Origin: Trypanosoma brucei
Lineage: Eukaryota
Reading direction: 5' to 3'
Assembly: GCA_000002445.1 (NCBI GenBank)
Contig: CP000066.1
Location: forward strand, 1,120,001 to 1,184,000
DNA length: 64,000 nucleotides
The translations under genes and the position numbers were made by a program. Under the pieces are notes generated by a model. That model was not told the DNA's origin, did no database searches, and saw only the letters and a program-made list of their open reading frames with translations. Shown here piece by piece: positions 30,562 through 40,790 of the stretch; position 1 is the stretch's first letter; the number at the start of each line of letters is the position of its first letter.

Positions 30562-32313
30562 TTAATTTTCTTTTTCTGAATCCTCTGTAACAGGAGCAGC
30601 GACACCACTCATCTCATCAGCTGGCTCATTACACCTGTTCTGCTCAGCATTAATGAAACGCGAAAATCTGAAGTGGACAATCGCTGCACCGACCGCTGCC
30701 ACAACATTGACACCCATCAGTATGAGCATCTGGTTTTTGACACACGAAGGTTGCTTACACTCGGGTTTCGTACCAAGCTTCTCAGCCTCAGCATCGTACA
30801 TACCACCGAACATGAAGAGGTTGAGCGCTATCGTTGACACAATTCCGGAGGAAAAGCCGAAGTTATAGTGCTTTCCCAAATCCTGTGAATACATTATACG
30901 AAACGCAAGCACACCACTTCCCCAACCTGCTCCGTTACCCAAAGCCCCAAGGAAGAAAGGAAGGATCAGCGCGTTAGCGGGAAGCAACGCGAAGAGCAGG
31001 AAGGCGATGCACAACATCAGAGGGCAAAATGGGAGCGCAATTGTTGTGGGAAACGTTTTAAGCCCCTCTCGCTGCCGCCGTGTCAGCACCATATCCAGAT
31101 ATCCCATAGACATGCGACCAACAGCACTGCCAACAGACATCATGGTGATATACAGTGTTAGAGTGGAGCTTTTCTTCTCACCGTAACTTTTGCTCTCATA
31201 AATTTGGGCAGCGTTCATCTGCATGACAGTTCCAGTACCCCACATACCAAAGCATGTAAGCCACATGCACCAAAGATCCACGGTAAGCAAGTGCTGCCAG
31301 AAGGACCCACTGTACTGCGGCAATGGCTTCACCTCGTTCTTCGTTGTAGCCACCGCTGATTCGGTCACAACATCCTCCAGTGCCTCTCCAATTGTGTCCA
31401 TATCCGTAGGGCGCACTGGAGTATATCGTCCAAGCCATTGAAACGGCAACGCAACGACACAAAATGATGCCATCATGAGCACTGCAATAATCGAAAAGGC
31501 CAAATAGGCAGCCGGAGGAAGCTTTACATATCCACCAATGAGTGATTGTGTGGTGAGAAACAACAGCAGGCTGAGGACGAGTCCCACAGCTATCTTCATC
31601 CTTCTGGGAGGCGCAGGCTGGTTCATGTATAACTGAAGTGTCTGCTGTCGCTTCGTCCACTCCTCTTCACTTAGCCGTTGCTTCCGCCACGCACAAGGAA
31701 AGTACATGGGCATGCGAGTTACGCTGAGAGCAATGAGTGACACGACCACCAACTGTATGGCAACAAAGTACGCGAAACCCGAGTAGTTGTTATTGCTCAA
31801 GTCATCGGATGTGGTATCCTTAAACCACCCGTTGAAGTAAGCCATTAGCACCCCGGTACCGAGACCACTGATTGTCTTGGACACGAGCACAACATAACCC
31901 CTGTCAAGTGGAAACTGCAGCATCAGTGGCATAATCGTCGAAACATCCAACCACGGCGTCCCCAGATAAAGAATAGCGTTAAAAGTGGAGAAGAGACCGA
32001 CGCTGGGGTTCGCTATCTTTCCATCGAAGGTGAGGCCAAAAAGCAGGAAGCCCAAGAATCCAAGGAAACCAGCAATTGGCAGGACCACCATCGGACCAGC
32101 GTAATCGAACAGGGCACCACCAATAAAACTGCAGTAACCGATGCAATTGCCAACGGTACTGATAGTTGTAATGTCACTCTGTGAAAGACGATATTTCTCC
32201 CGCAGATGTGCCGCAAAAACAGAGAATCCGTAAGTCGATGATACAACAAGACCAGCATAAACTCCTGCCATCAGCATGCGTACTCGCGCAAGGTCATCGA
32301 CAAGGTAAACCAT
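30562..32313 (-). CDS. nodulin-like MFS membrane protein, array copy B (583 aa; N-term type beta, C-term ...VTEDSEKEN)
   Basis: ATG verified at 32311-32313. The core is >95% identical to the other copies. Unique short C-terminal tail and unique 3' flank (30427-30561). Confidence 0.8.
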   Translation of the reverse strand: MVYLVDDLARVRMLMAGVYAGLVVSSTYGFSVFAAHLREKYRLSQSDITTISTVGNCIGYCSFIGGALFDYAGPMVVLPIAGFLGFLGFLLFGLTFDGKIANPSVGLFSTFNAILYLGTPWLDVSTIMPLMLQFPLDRGYVVLVSKTISGLGTGVLMAYFNGWFKDTTSDDLSNNNYSGFAYFVAIQLVVVSLIALSVTRMPMYFPCAWRKQRLSEEEWTKRQQTLQLYMNQPAPPRRMKIAVGLVLSLLLFLTTQSLIGGYVKLPPAAYLAFSIIAVLMMASFCVVALPFQWLGRYTPVRPTDMDTIGEALEDVVTESAVATTKNEVKPLPQYSGSFWQHLLTVDLWCMWLTCFGMWGTGTVMQMNAAQIYESKSYGEKKSSTLTLYITMMSVGSAVGRMSMGYLDMVLTRRQREGLKTFPTTIALPFCPLMLCIAFLLFALLPANALILPFFLGALGNGAGWGSGVLAFRIMYSQDLGKHYNFGFSSGIVSTIALNLFMFGGMYDAEAEKLGTKPECKQPSCVKNQMLILMGVNVVAAVGAAIVHFRFSRFINAEQNRCNEPADEMSGVAAPVTEDSEKEN

Positions 32314-32861
32314 AACTGCAGGGACTGCGGGTCGGTTTGTTCTGAGTGGAAGTGCGCAAGTAGTAGCTCTATTTTACTCTTTGTGTGGAAACATTTGTCA
32401 GGTAAAGAAGAAAAATGAGTAATAAGAGTGTTAGAAAAGGAATCCATAGAGAGGTAAAGGGAAGCACTGATATGTATCACTGCCGTGTTGCAACGGCTTC
32501 GTGACGGAAAAAACAAAGGTTTCGCAGAGACTGGGAAACTGACCACGTAAAATCATTCAAACAGCGTTTCTAAACTGTCGTGCAGTAAAGAATAAAGTAA
32601 AGGAAGAGCGAAACGTGGCTGCCTGCTCACACGAACAAAACACTCTAAGGTAAAACAAAATCCACCCATCAACCACTAAGAGTGATCAAACGGCACACCC
32701 TCTTGTTTGCAAGAAGCAACACAATGTGGGAGTGAGGAGCAATTATTATATTGATTAGTAGTCACATCAAGGATAAATTCAACGTAACAAGATTTATGAG
32801 ATAGAGGCAAATGCATATTTTCAATTTAGAGTTCAGGTACGGCAACAGCTGTAAAACAACC

Positions 32862-34649
32862 CTACTGCTGCGCTGCTCCGCCACTGTGTGAGCCCCCTTC
32901 ATTTGGCTGCCCCGCATCCTCTGTAACAGGAGCAGCGACACCACTCATCTCATCAGCTGGCTCATTACACCTGTTCTGCTCAGCATTAATGAAACGCGAA
33001 AATCTGAAGTGGACAATCGCTGCAGCGACCGCTGCCACAACATTGACACCCATCAGTATGAGCATCTGGTTTTTGACACACGAAGGGTTTTTACACTCGG
33101 GTTTCGTACCAAGCTTCTCAGCCTCAGCATCGTACATACCACCGAACATGAAGAGGTTGAGCGCTATTGTCGCTGCGACACCGGAGGAAAAGCCGAAGTT
33201 ATAGTGCTTTCCCAAATCCTGTGAATACATTATACGAAACGCAAGCACACCACTTCCCCAACCTGCTCCGTTGCCCAAAGCCCCAAGGAAGAAAGGAAGG
33301 ATCAGCGCGTTAGCGGGAAGCAACGCGAAGAGCAGGAAGGCGATGCACAACATCAGAGGGCAAAATGGGAGCGCAATTGTTGTGGGAAACGTTTTAAGCC
33401 CCTCTCGCTGCCGCCGTGTCAGCACCATATCCAGATATCCCATAGACATGCGACCAACAGCACTGCCAACAGACATCATGGTGATATACAGTGTTAGAGT
33501 GGAGCTTTTCTTCCCACCGTAACTTTTGCTCTCATAAATTTGGGCAGCGTTCATCTGCATGACAGTTCCAGTACCCCACATACCAAAGCATGTAAGCCAC
33601 ATGCACCAAAGATCCACGGTAAGCAAGTGCTGCCAGAAGGACCCACTGTACTGCGGCAATGGCTTCACCTCGTTCTTCGTTGTAGCTACCGCTGATTCGG
33701 TCACAACATCCTCCAGTGCCTCTCCAATTGTGTCCATATCCGTAGGGCGCACTGGAGTATATCGTCCAAGCCATTGAAACGGCAACGCAACGACACAAAA
33801 TGATGCCATCATGAGCACTGCAATAATCGAAAAGGCCAAATAGGCAGCCGGAGGAAGCTTTACATATCCACCAATGAGTGATTGTGTGGTGAGAAACAAC
33901 AGCAGGCTGAGGACGAGTCCCACAGCTATCTTCATCCTTCTGGGAGGCGCAGGCTGGTTCATGTATAACTGAAGTGTCTGCTGTCGCTTCGTCCACTCCT
34001 CTTCACTTAGCCGTTGCTTCCGCCACGCACAAGGAAAGTACATGGGCATGCGAGTTACGCTGAGAGCAATGAGTGACACGACCACCAACTGTATGGCAAC
34101 AAAGTACGCGAAACCCGAGTAGTTGTTATTGCTCAAGTCATCGGATGTGGTATCCTTAAACCACCCGTTGAAGTAAGCCATTAGCACCCCGGTACCGAGA
34201 CCACTGATTGTCTTGGACACGAGCACAACATAACCCCTGTCAAGTGGAAACTGCAGCATCAGTGGCATAATCGTCGAAACATCCAACCACGGCGTCCCCA
34301 GATAAAGAATAGCGTTAAAAGTGGAGAAGAGACCGACGCTGGGGTTCGCTATCTTTCCATCGAAGGTGAGGCCAAAAAGCAGGAAGCCCAAGAATCCAAG
34401 GAAACCAGCAATTGGCAGGACCACCATCGGACCAGCGTAATCGAACAGGGCACCACCAATAAAACTGCAGTAACCGATGCAATTGCCAACGGTACTGATA
34501 GTTGTAATTTCACTCTGTGAAAGACGATATTGCTTGCGCATGTAGACGGAAAAAAGGGAGAATCCGTAAGTCGATGATACAACAAGACCAGCATAAACTC
34601 CTGCCATCAGCATGCGTACTCGCGCAAGGTCATCGACAAGGTAAACCAT
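32862..34649 (-). CDS. nodulin-like MFS membrane protein, array copy C (595 aa; N-term type beta, C-term type long)
   Basis: ATG verified at 34647-34649. 3' flank 32547-32861 is identical in type to that of copies A and E. Confidence 0.8.
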   Translation of the reverse strand: MVYLVDDLARVRMLMAGVYAGLVVSSTYGFSLFSVYMRKQYRLSQSEITTISTVGNCIGYCSFIGGALFDYAGPMVVLPIAGFLGFLGFLLFGLTFDGKIANPSVGLFSTFNAILYLGTPWLDVSTIMPLMLQFPLDRGYVVLVSKTISGLGTGVLMAYFNGWFKDTTSDDLSNNNYSGFAYFVAIQLVVVSLIALSVTRMPMYFPCAWRKQRLSEEEWTKRQQTLQLYMNQPAPPRRMKIAVGLVLSLLLFLTTQSLIGGYVKLPPAAYLAFSIIAVLMMASFCVVALPFQWLGRYTPVRPTDMDTIGEALEDVVTESAVATTKNEVKPLPQYSGSFWQHLLTVDLWCMWLTCFGMWGTGTVMQMNAAQIYESKSYGGKKSSTLTLYITMMSVGSAVGRMSMGYLDMVLTRRQREGLKTFPTTIALPFCPLMLCIAFLLFALLPANALILPFFLGALGNGAGWGSGVLAFRIMYSQDLGKHYNFGFSSGVAATIALNLFMFGGMYDAEAEKLGTKPECKNPSCVKNQMLILMGVNVVAAVAAAIVHFRFSRFINAEQNRCNEPADEMSGVAAPVTEDAGQPNEGGSHSGGAAQQ

Positions 34650-35210
34650 AACTGCAGGGACTGCGGGTCGGTTTGTTCTGAGTGGAAGTGCGCAAGTAGT
34701 AGCTCTATTTTACTCTTTGTGTGGAAACATTTGTCAGGTAAAGAAGAAAAATGAGTAATAAGAGTGTTAGAAAAGGAATCCATAGAGAGGTAAAGGGAAG
34801 CACTGATATGTATCACTGCCGTGTTGCAACGGCTTCGTGACGGAAAAAACAAAGGTTTCGCAGAGACTGGGAAACTGACCACGTAAAATCATTCAAATAG
34901 CGTTTTATTTTTACCACAAAGTGGAAGAGAGAAAAAGAAGAGTTAGGAAAAAAAAAACGTTCGAAGACAGAAAAAATAGTAACCCACTAATCACTGAGAG
35001 TGGATATACAACATACTTTTAATACTAAAAAAAAATTTAAAAACTTATTTCTTGAATCGGGCCGCACCCTCACGCAGAAACAACAACCACATCTAACAGA
35101 AAAGAAAACATACGATTTTTAACACAAAGAAGGATAACACACGGTAAGACAGAAAAATACTATGGAAATATGCAAAAAATACTATTTCGTTTTTCTTAAC
35201 CCCCCAAAAA

Positions 35211-36968
35211 TTATTGCTTCTTTCCTGAATGTCCACCGCTAGTAACAGGAGCAGCGACACCACTCATCTCATCAGCTGGCTCATTACACCTGTTCTGCTC
35301 AGCATTAATGAAACGCGAAAATCTGAAGTGGACAATCGCTGCACCGACCGCTGCCACAACATTGACACCCATCAGTATGAGCATCTGGTTTTTGACACAC
35401 GAAGGTTGCTTACACTCGGGTTTCGTACCAAGCTTCTCAGCCTCAGCATCGTACATACCACCGAACATGAAGCGGTTGAGCGCTATTGTCGCTGCGACAC
35501 CGGAGGAAAAGCCGAAGTGGTAGTGCTTTCCCAAATCCTGTGAATACATTATACGAAACGCAAGCACAACACTTCCCCAACCTGCTCCGTTACCCAAAGC
35601 CCCAAGGAAGAAAGGAAGGATCAGCGCGTTAGCGGGAAGCAACGCGAAGAGCAGGAAGGCGATGCACAACATCAGAGGGCAAAATGGGAGCGCAATTGTT
35701 GTGGGAAACGTTTTAAGCCCCTCTCGCTGCCGCCGTGTCAGCACCATATCCAGATATCCCATAGACATGCGACCAACAGCACTGCCAACAGATATCATGG
35801 TGATATACAGTGTTAGAGTGGAGCTTTTCTTCTCACCGTAACTTTTGCTCTCATAAATTTGGGCAGCGTTCATCTGCATGACGACCGCAGTACCCCACAC
35901 GCCAAAGCATGTAAGCCACATGCACCAAAGATCCACGGTAAGCAAGTGCTGCCAGAAGGACCCGCTGTACTGCGGCAATGGCTTCACCTCGTTCTTCGTT
36001 GTAGCTACCGCTGATTCGGTCACAACATCCTCCAGTGCCTCTCCAATTGTGTCCATATCCGTAGGGCGCACTGGAGTATATCGTCCAAGCCATTGAAACG
36101 GCAACGCAACGACACAAAATGATGCCATCATGAGCACTGCAATAATCGAAAAGGCCAAATAGGCAGCCGGAGGAAGCTTTACATATCCACCAATGAGTGA
36201 TTGTGTGGTGAGAAACAACAGCAGGCTGAGGACGAGTCCCACAGCTATCTTCATCCTTCTGGGAGGCGCAGGCTGGTTCATGTATAACTGAAGTGTCTGC
36301 TGTCGCTTCGTCCACTCCTCTTCACTTAGCCGTTGCTTCCGCCACGCACAAGGAAAATACATGGGCATGCGAGTTACGCTGAGAGCAATGAGTGACACGA
36401 CCACCAACTGTATGGCAACAAAGTACGCGAAACCCGAGTAGTTGTTTTTTTCCACATCATCGGATGTGGTATCCTTAAACCACCCGTTGAAGTAAGCCAT
36501 TAGCACCCCGGTACCGAGACCACTGATTGTCTTGGACACGAGCACAACATAACCCCTGTCAAGTGGAAACTGCAGCATCAGTGGCATAATCGTCGAAACA
36601 TCCAACCAAGAAAATGTGCAATTTACGAGAGCATTGTAAAAGCAAAAGAGACCGACGCTGGGGTTCGCTATCTTTCCATCGAAGGTGAGACCAAAAAGCA
36701 GGAAGCCCAAGAATCCAAGGAAACCAGCAATTGGCAGGACCACCATCGGACCAGCGTAATCGAACAGGGCACCACCAGGGAAACTGAAGTACAGCATGCA
36801 GGTTCCAACGGTACTGATAGTTGTAATGTCTCCCTGTGTCATATTAAATTTGCTCCTTAAGAATGGCGTGAAAATCGAAAAGCAGTATGCCTTTGAGACA
36901 CCCAATCCAGCATAAACTCCTGCCATCAGCATCCGCATACGGGCAAGGTCATCGACAAGGTAAACCAT
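35211..36968 (-). CDS. nodulin-like MFS membrane protein, array copy D (585 aa; N-term type alpha, C-term ...PVTSGGHSGKKQ)
   Basis: ATG verified at 36966-36968. Unique C-terminal tail and unique AT-rich 3' flank (34883-35210). Confidence 0.8.
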   Translation of the reverse strand: MVYLVDDLARMRMLMAGVYAGLGVSKAYCFSIFTPFLRSKFNMTQGDITTISTVGTCMLYFSFPGGALFDYAGPMVVLPIAGFLGFLGFLLFGLTFDGKIANPSVGLFCFYNALVNCTFSWLDVSTIMPLMLQFPLDRGYVVLVSKTISGLGTGVLMAYFNGWFKDTTSDDVEKNNYSGFAYFVAIQLVVVSLIALSVTRMPMYFPCAWRKQRLSEEEWTKRQQTLQLYMNQPAPPRRMKIAVGLVLSLLLFLTTQSLIGGYVKLPPAAYLAFSIIAVLMMASFCVVALPFQWLGRYTPVRPTDMDTIGEALEDVVTESAVATTKNEVKPLPQYSGSFWQHLLTVDLWCMWLTCFGVWGTAVVMQMNAAQIYESKSYGEKKSSTLTLYITMISVGSAVGRMSMGYLDMVLTRRQREGLKTFPTTIALPFCPLMLCIAFLLFALLPANALILPFFLGALGNGAGWGSVVLAFRIMYSQDLGKHYHFGFSSGVAATIALNRFMFGGMYDAEAEKLGTKPECKQPSCVKNQMLILMGVNVVAAVGAAIVHFRFSRFINAEQNRCNEPADEMSGVAAPVTSGGHSGKKQ

Positions 36969-37501
36969 AACTGCAGGGACTGCGGGTCGGTTTGTTCTGA
37001 GTGGAAGTGCGCAAGTAGTAGCTCTATTTTACTCTTTGTGTGGAAACATTTGTCAGGTAAAGAAGAAAAATGAGTGATAAGAGTGTTAGAAAAGGAATCC
37101 ATAGAGAGGTAAAGGGAAGCACTGATATGTATCACTGCCGTGTTGCAACGGCTTCGTGACGGAAAAAACAAAGGTTTCGCAGAGAATGGGAAACTGACCA
37201 CGTAAAATCATTCAAATAGCGTTTTATTTTTACCACAAAGTGGAAGAGCGAAACGTGGCTGCCTGCTCACACGAACAAAACACTCTAAGGTAAAACAAAA
37301 TCCGCCCATCAACCACTAAGAGTGATCAAATGGCACACCCTCTTGCTTGCAAGAAGCAACACAATGTGGGAGTGAGGAGCAATTATTATATTGATTAGTA
37401 GTCACATCAAGGATAAATTCAACGTAACAAGATTTATGAGATAGAGGCAAATGCATATTTTCAATTTAGAGTTCAGGTACGGCAACAGCTGTAAAACAAC
37501 C

Positions 37502-39289
37502 CTACTGCTGCGCTGCTCCGCCACTGTGTGAGCCCCCTTCATTTGGCTGCCCCGCATCCTCTGTAACAGGAGCAGCGACACCACTCATCTCATCAGCTGG
37601 CTCATTACACCTGTTCTGCTCAGCATTAATGAAACGCGAAAATCTGAAGTGGACAATCGCTGCAGCGACCGCTGCCACAATATTGACACCCATCAGTATG
37701 AGCATCTGGTTTTTGACACACGAAGGGTTTTTACACTCGGGTTTCGTACCAAGCTTCTCAGCCTCAGCATCGTACATACCACCGAACATGAAGAGGTTGA
37801 GCGCTATCGTTGACACAATTCCAGAACTGTAGCCGAAGTGGTAGTGCTTTCCCAAATCCTGTGAATACATCGTACGAATTACAAGCACACAACACCCCCA
37901 ACCTGCTCCGTTGCCCAAAGCCCCAAGGAAGAAAGGAAGGATCAGCGCGTTAGCGGGAAGCAACGCGAAGAGCAGGAAGGCGATGCACAACATCAGAGGA
38001 CCAAATGGGAGCGCAATTGTTGTGGGAAACGTTTTAAGCCCCTCTCGCTGCCGCCGTGTCAGCACCATATCCGTGAACCCCATAGACACGCGACCAACAG
38101 CACTGCCAACAGACATCATGGTGATATACAGTGTTAGAGTGGAGCTTTTCTTCCCGCCGTAACTTTTGCTCTCATAAATTTGTGCAGCGTTCATCTGCAT
38201 GACAGTTCCAGTACCCCACACGCCGAAGCATGTAAGCCACATGCACCAAAGATCCACGGTAAGCAAGTGCTGCCAGAAGGACCCACTGTACTGCGGCAAT
38301 GGCTTCACCTCGTTCTTCGTTGTAGCCACCGCTGATTCGGTCACAACATCCTCCAGTGCCTCTCCAATTGTGTCCATATCCGTAGGGCGCACTGGAGTAT
38401 ATCGTCCAAGCCATTGAAACGGCAACGCAACGACACAAAATGATGCCATCATGAGCACTGCAATAATCGAAAAGGCCAAATAGGCAGCCGGAGGAAGCTT
38501 TACATATCCGCCAATGAGTGATTGTGTGGTGAGAAACAACAGCAGGCTGAGGACGAGTCCCACAGCTATCTTCATCCTTCTGGGAGGCGCAGGCTGGTTC
38601 ATGTATAACTGAAGTGTCTGCTGTCGCTTCGTCCACTCCTCTTCACTTAGCCGTTGCTTCCGCCACGCACAAGGAAAGTACATGGGCATGCGAGTTACGC
38701 TGAGAGCAATGAGTGACACGATCAGCAATCTAGCGGCAATGAAGTACATGAAACCCGAGTAGTTGTTTTTTTCCACATCATCGGATGTGGTATCCTTAAA
38801 CCACCCGTTGAAGTAAGCCATTAGCACCCCGGTACCGAGACCACTGATTGTCTTCAACACGAGCACAACATAACCCCTGTCAAGTGGAAACTGCAATATC
38901 GCCGGCATGATCGTTGCAACATCTAATGTTGGGATCCCCGAATAAACTATTGCGTCGAAGACACAGAAAAGGGTTAAAGTCGGGTTCGCTATCTTTCCAT
39001 CGAAGGTGAGACCAAAAAGCAGGAAGCCCAAAGACCCTAGAAACCCACCAAGGGGGAGTAGCACCATCGGACCAGCGTAATCGAACAGAGCACCGATTGG
39101 AAAGCTGCAGTAACCGATGCAATTGCCGACGGTACTGATAGTTGCAATTTCACTTTGCGACAGACGATACTTTTTTCGCAGAAGAACGGCCATTAATGTG
39201 AAGCAATATGGGGCCGCTGTAGAAGCCATTGTATACACCCCGGAAGCTAACATGCGTACTCGCGCAAGGTCATCGATAATATACGTCAT
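37502..39289 (-). CDS. nodulin-like MFS membrane protein, array copy E (595 aa; divergent N-term type gamma MTYIIDDLARVRMLASGVYTMASTAAPYCF..., C-term type long)
   Basis: ATG verified at 39287-39289. First copy in transcription order. Unique upstream flank (39290 to about 39520) lacks the conserved block. About 60 substitutions are concentrated in the first roughly 190 residues. Confidence 0.8.
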   Translation of the reverse strand: MTYIIDDLARVRMLASGVYTMASTAAPYCFTLMAVLLRKKYRLSQSEIATISTVGNCIGYCSFPIGALFDYAGPMVLLPLGGFLGSLGFLLFGLTFDGKIANPTLTLFCVFDAIVYSGIPTLDVATIMPAILQFPLDRGYVVLVLKTISGLGTGVLMAYFNGWFKDTTSDDVEKNNYSGFMYFIAARLLIVSLIALSVTRMPMYFPCAWRKQRLSEEEWTKRQQTLQLYMNQPAPPRRMKIAVGLVLSLLLFLTTQSLIGGYVKLPPAAYLAFSIIAVLMMASFCVVALPFQWLGRYTPVRPTDMDTIGEALEDVVTESAVATTKNEVKPLPQYSGSFWQHLLTVDLWCMWLTCFGVWGTGTVMQMNAAQIYESKSYGGKKSSTLTLYITMMSVGSAVGRVSMGFTDMVLTRRQREGLKTFPTTIALPFGPLMLCIAFLLFALLPANALILPFFLGALGNGAGWGCCVLVIRTMYSQDLGKHYHFGYSSGIVSTIALNLFMFGGMYDAEAEKLGTKPECKNPSCVKNQMLILMGVNIVAAVAAAIVHFRFSRFINAEQNRCNEPADEMSGVAAPVTEDAGQPNEGGSHSGGAAQQ

Positions 39290-40790
39290 TTTGTGACCTT
39301 TCTGTGTGTACAGGTTGCACTATACTGTTTCGAGTTTGTAAGGGGAATGGGTATCGTTGTTGCTGAGGAATACTGCTTCCTTTCTTGGCTGGTTTTTGTT
39401 TTACTTTCGCATTACCTATCTGTAAGTTTGTTTTTGAAGAGTAGTTGATTGCTAATGGGCTATGCCGACACAGTTTGCTGTTAATTATTGTCGCTTCTGC
39501 TTTTTTTTAAAAAAAGAAAAAAATGCTCATCTTAAAACTGTTTAATATTCTTGGGGGGAGGGGAGTGTCTTCATTTCTTGCAGAGTACCTATGGCGCAGT
39601 ATTTGCTATTGTGGCCACACTTCGTGGCAGCAAAGCCCCTCAAACATCTCTGCTGCGAAGCACGATTACCAGCATTGTTATTTGGATTCATTTATGCGAT
39701 GCTTTGCATTTCCTCCCCCGACACGGCAGTCTTTAAGTGTTCGGGAGCTCCCTCGTGATGGCACCTCCTGGCAGCGTACTAAAATGTTTAGCGCAATTTT
39801 CGTTTGTTGCACGTCTCGATCTCTGAGGGCAATGACACTGGGAAGAACATGGAAAGGTTCCGGTCCCCAGCTCTTAGACCCTCATTATACCACGGGTAGT
39901 TGGTGGATCTAGCGCTTTGCCTCGGAAGGGAAAACTGTGCTCCCGCTGTCGCGATTTGTCAACATCGCAGCGTTACAAAGAAAAAAAGCGAAGGCGTACA
40001 AGTTAATGGGCAAACGGTTGTGTAAAATGTATGCCATGTGGGTGGGTGTGGAGAGGGGGGGGATAAAGGTGAGCACGGAAACGCTGACGGTACGCCAAAT
40101 GCATCAGCTTCAAGTTGTACGGCCATCGGCAGCGTAACGTTGTAATAGAGTTCCGTTTTTTAAAGGAAAAGACAAAGGGCAACAGCAAAACAATAGGGTT
40201 GTAAGGCATGCAGAGAGAAGAGTGAGAATAATTGGCCAAAACCAAGCACAGACACCAATCCCTCAACAGCACTAACCAGAGAGACAGCAACCAACGGCGA
40301 AGAAGAGCAATGGAAGGGAAAGTGCTAACGTAGTTTCAAGGTGATGCGTCCCGCGGTGCCATTAAAAGGACCGAGACTTGCCAGACACCAGCGCCCCACC
40401 GTGTGCAGTAAACAGAGACAAGGTGACCCACGAGTCACGAAAAATAAAGGGCGTGAACATCTCGTCCATACAGCATGGGGTGACTCACGTCACAAAGCCC
40501 AAACTACTGATGTTATCCACATCCCGGCGTGGTGGTCACCCGCTTCTATCAAGTGACTAGCTACTCGGCAGCAAAAGAATGGGGGGAGGAAGTGCTAGCA
40601 TAAACACTCATAATGAAGATCTTAGAGTTACAACAAAGGAGGGAAAGTGTGGGGAAGCATGCATAACATGCGCTCCGTGGGATTGTGTTACATGCCGTTC
40701 GCGAACAGGCAACTTCTTTAGTGTGTATTGGACCGCTGACAGAGACCAATTAAAATCATCCTCGGAACTTCCTTAAACCAGACTATCAGA

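Larger units (their letters stand above)
27609..39289 (-). repeat. head-to-tail tandem gene array: 5 intact plus 1 truncated nodulin-like MFS genes, unit about 2.26-2.34 kb
   Basis: ATG positions 27731, 30052, 32313, 34649, 36968, 39289 (spacings 2321, 2261, 2336, 2319, 2321). Coding cores and the roughly 250-370 bp block immediately 5' of each ATG are near-identical. Confidence 0.95.

Noticed and set aside
28935-38636. Conserved 154-aa ORF (MDEATADTSVIHEPACASQKDEDSC...) in an alternate frame of every MFS copy, plus 71-83-aa plus-strand ORFs antisense to each copy
   Set aside because: They are conserved only because the underlying MFS DNA is conserved. They sit entirely inside the MFS CDS, and the MFS frame is the one with 12 TM helices and family homology.
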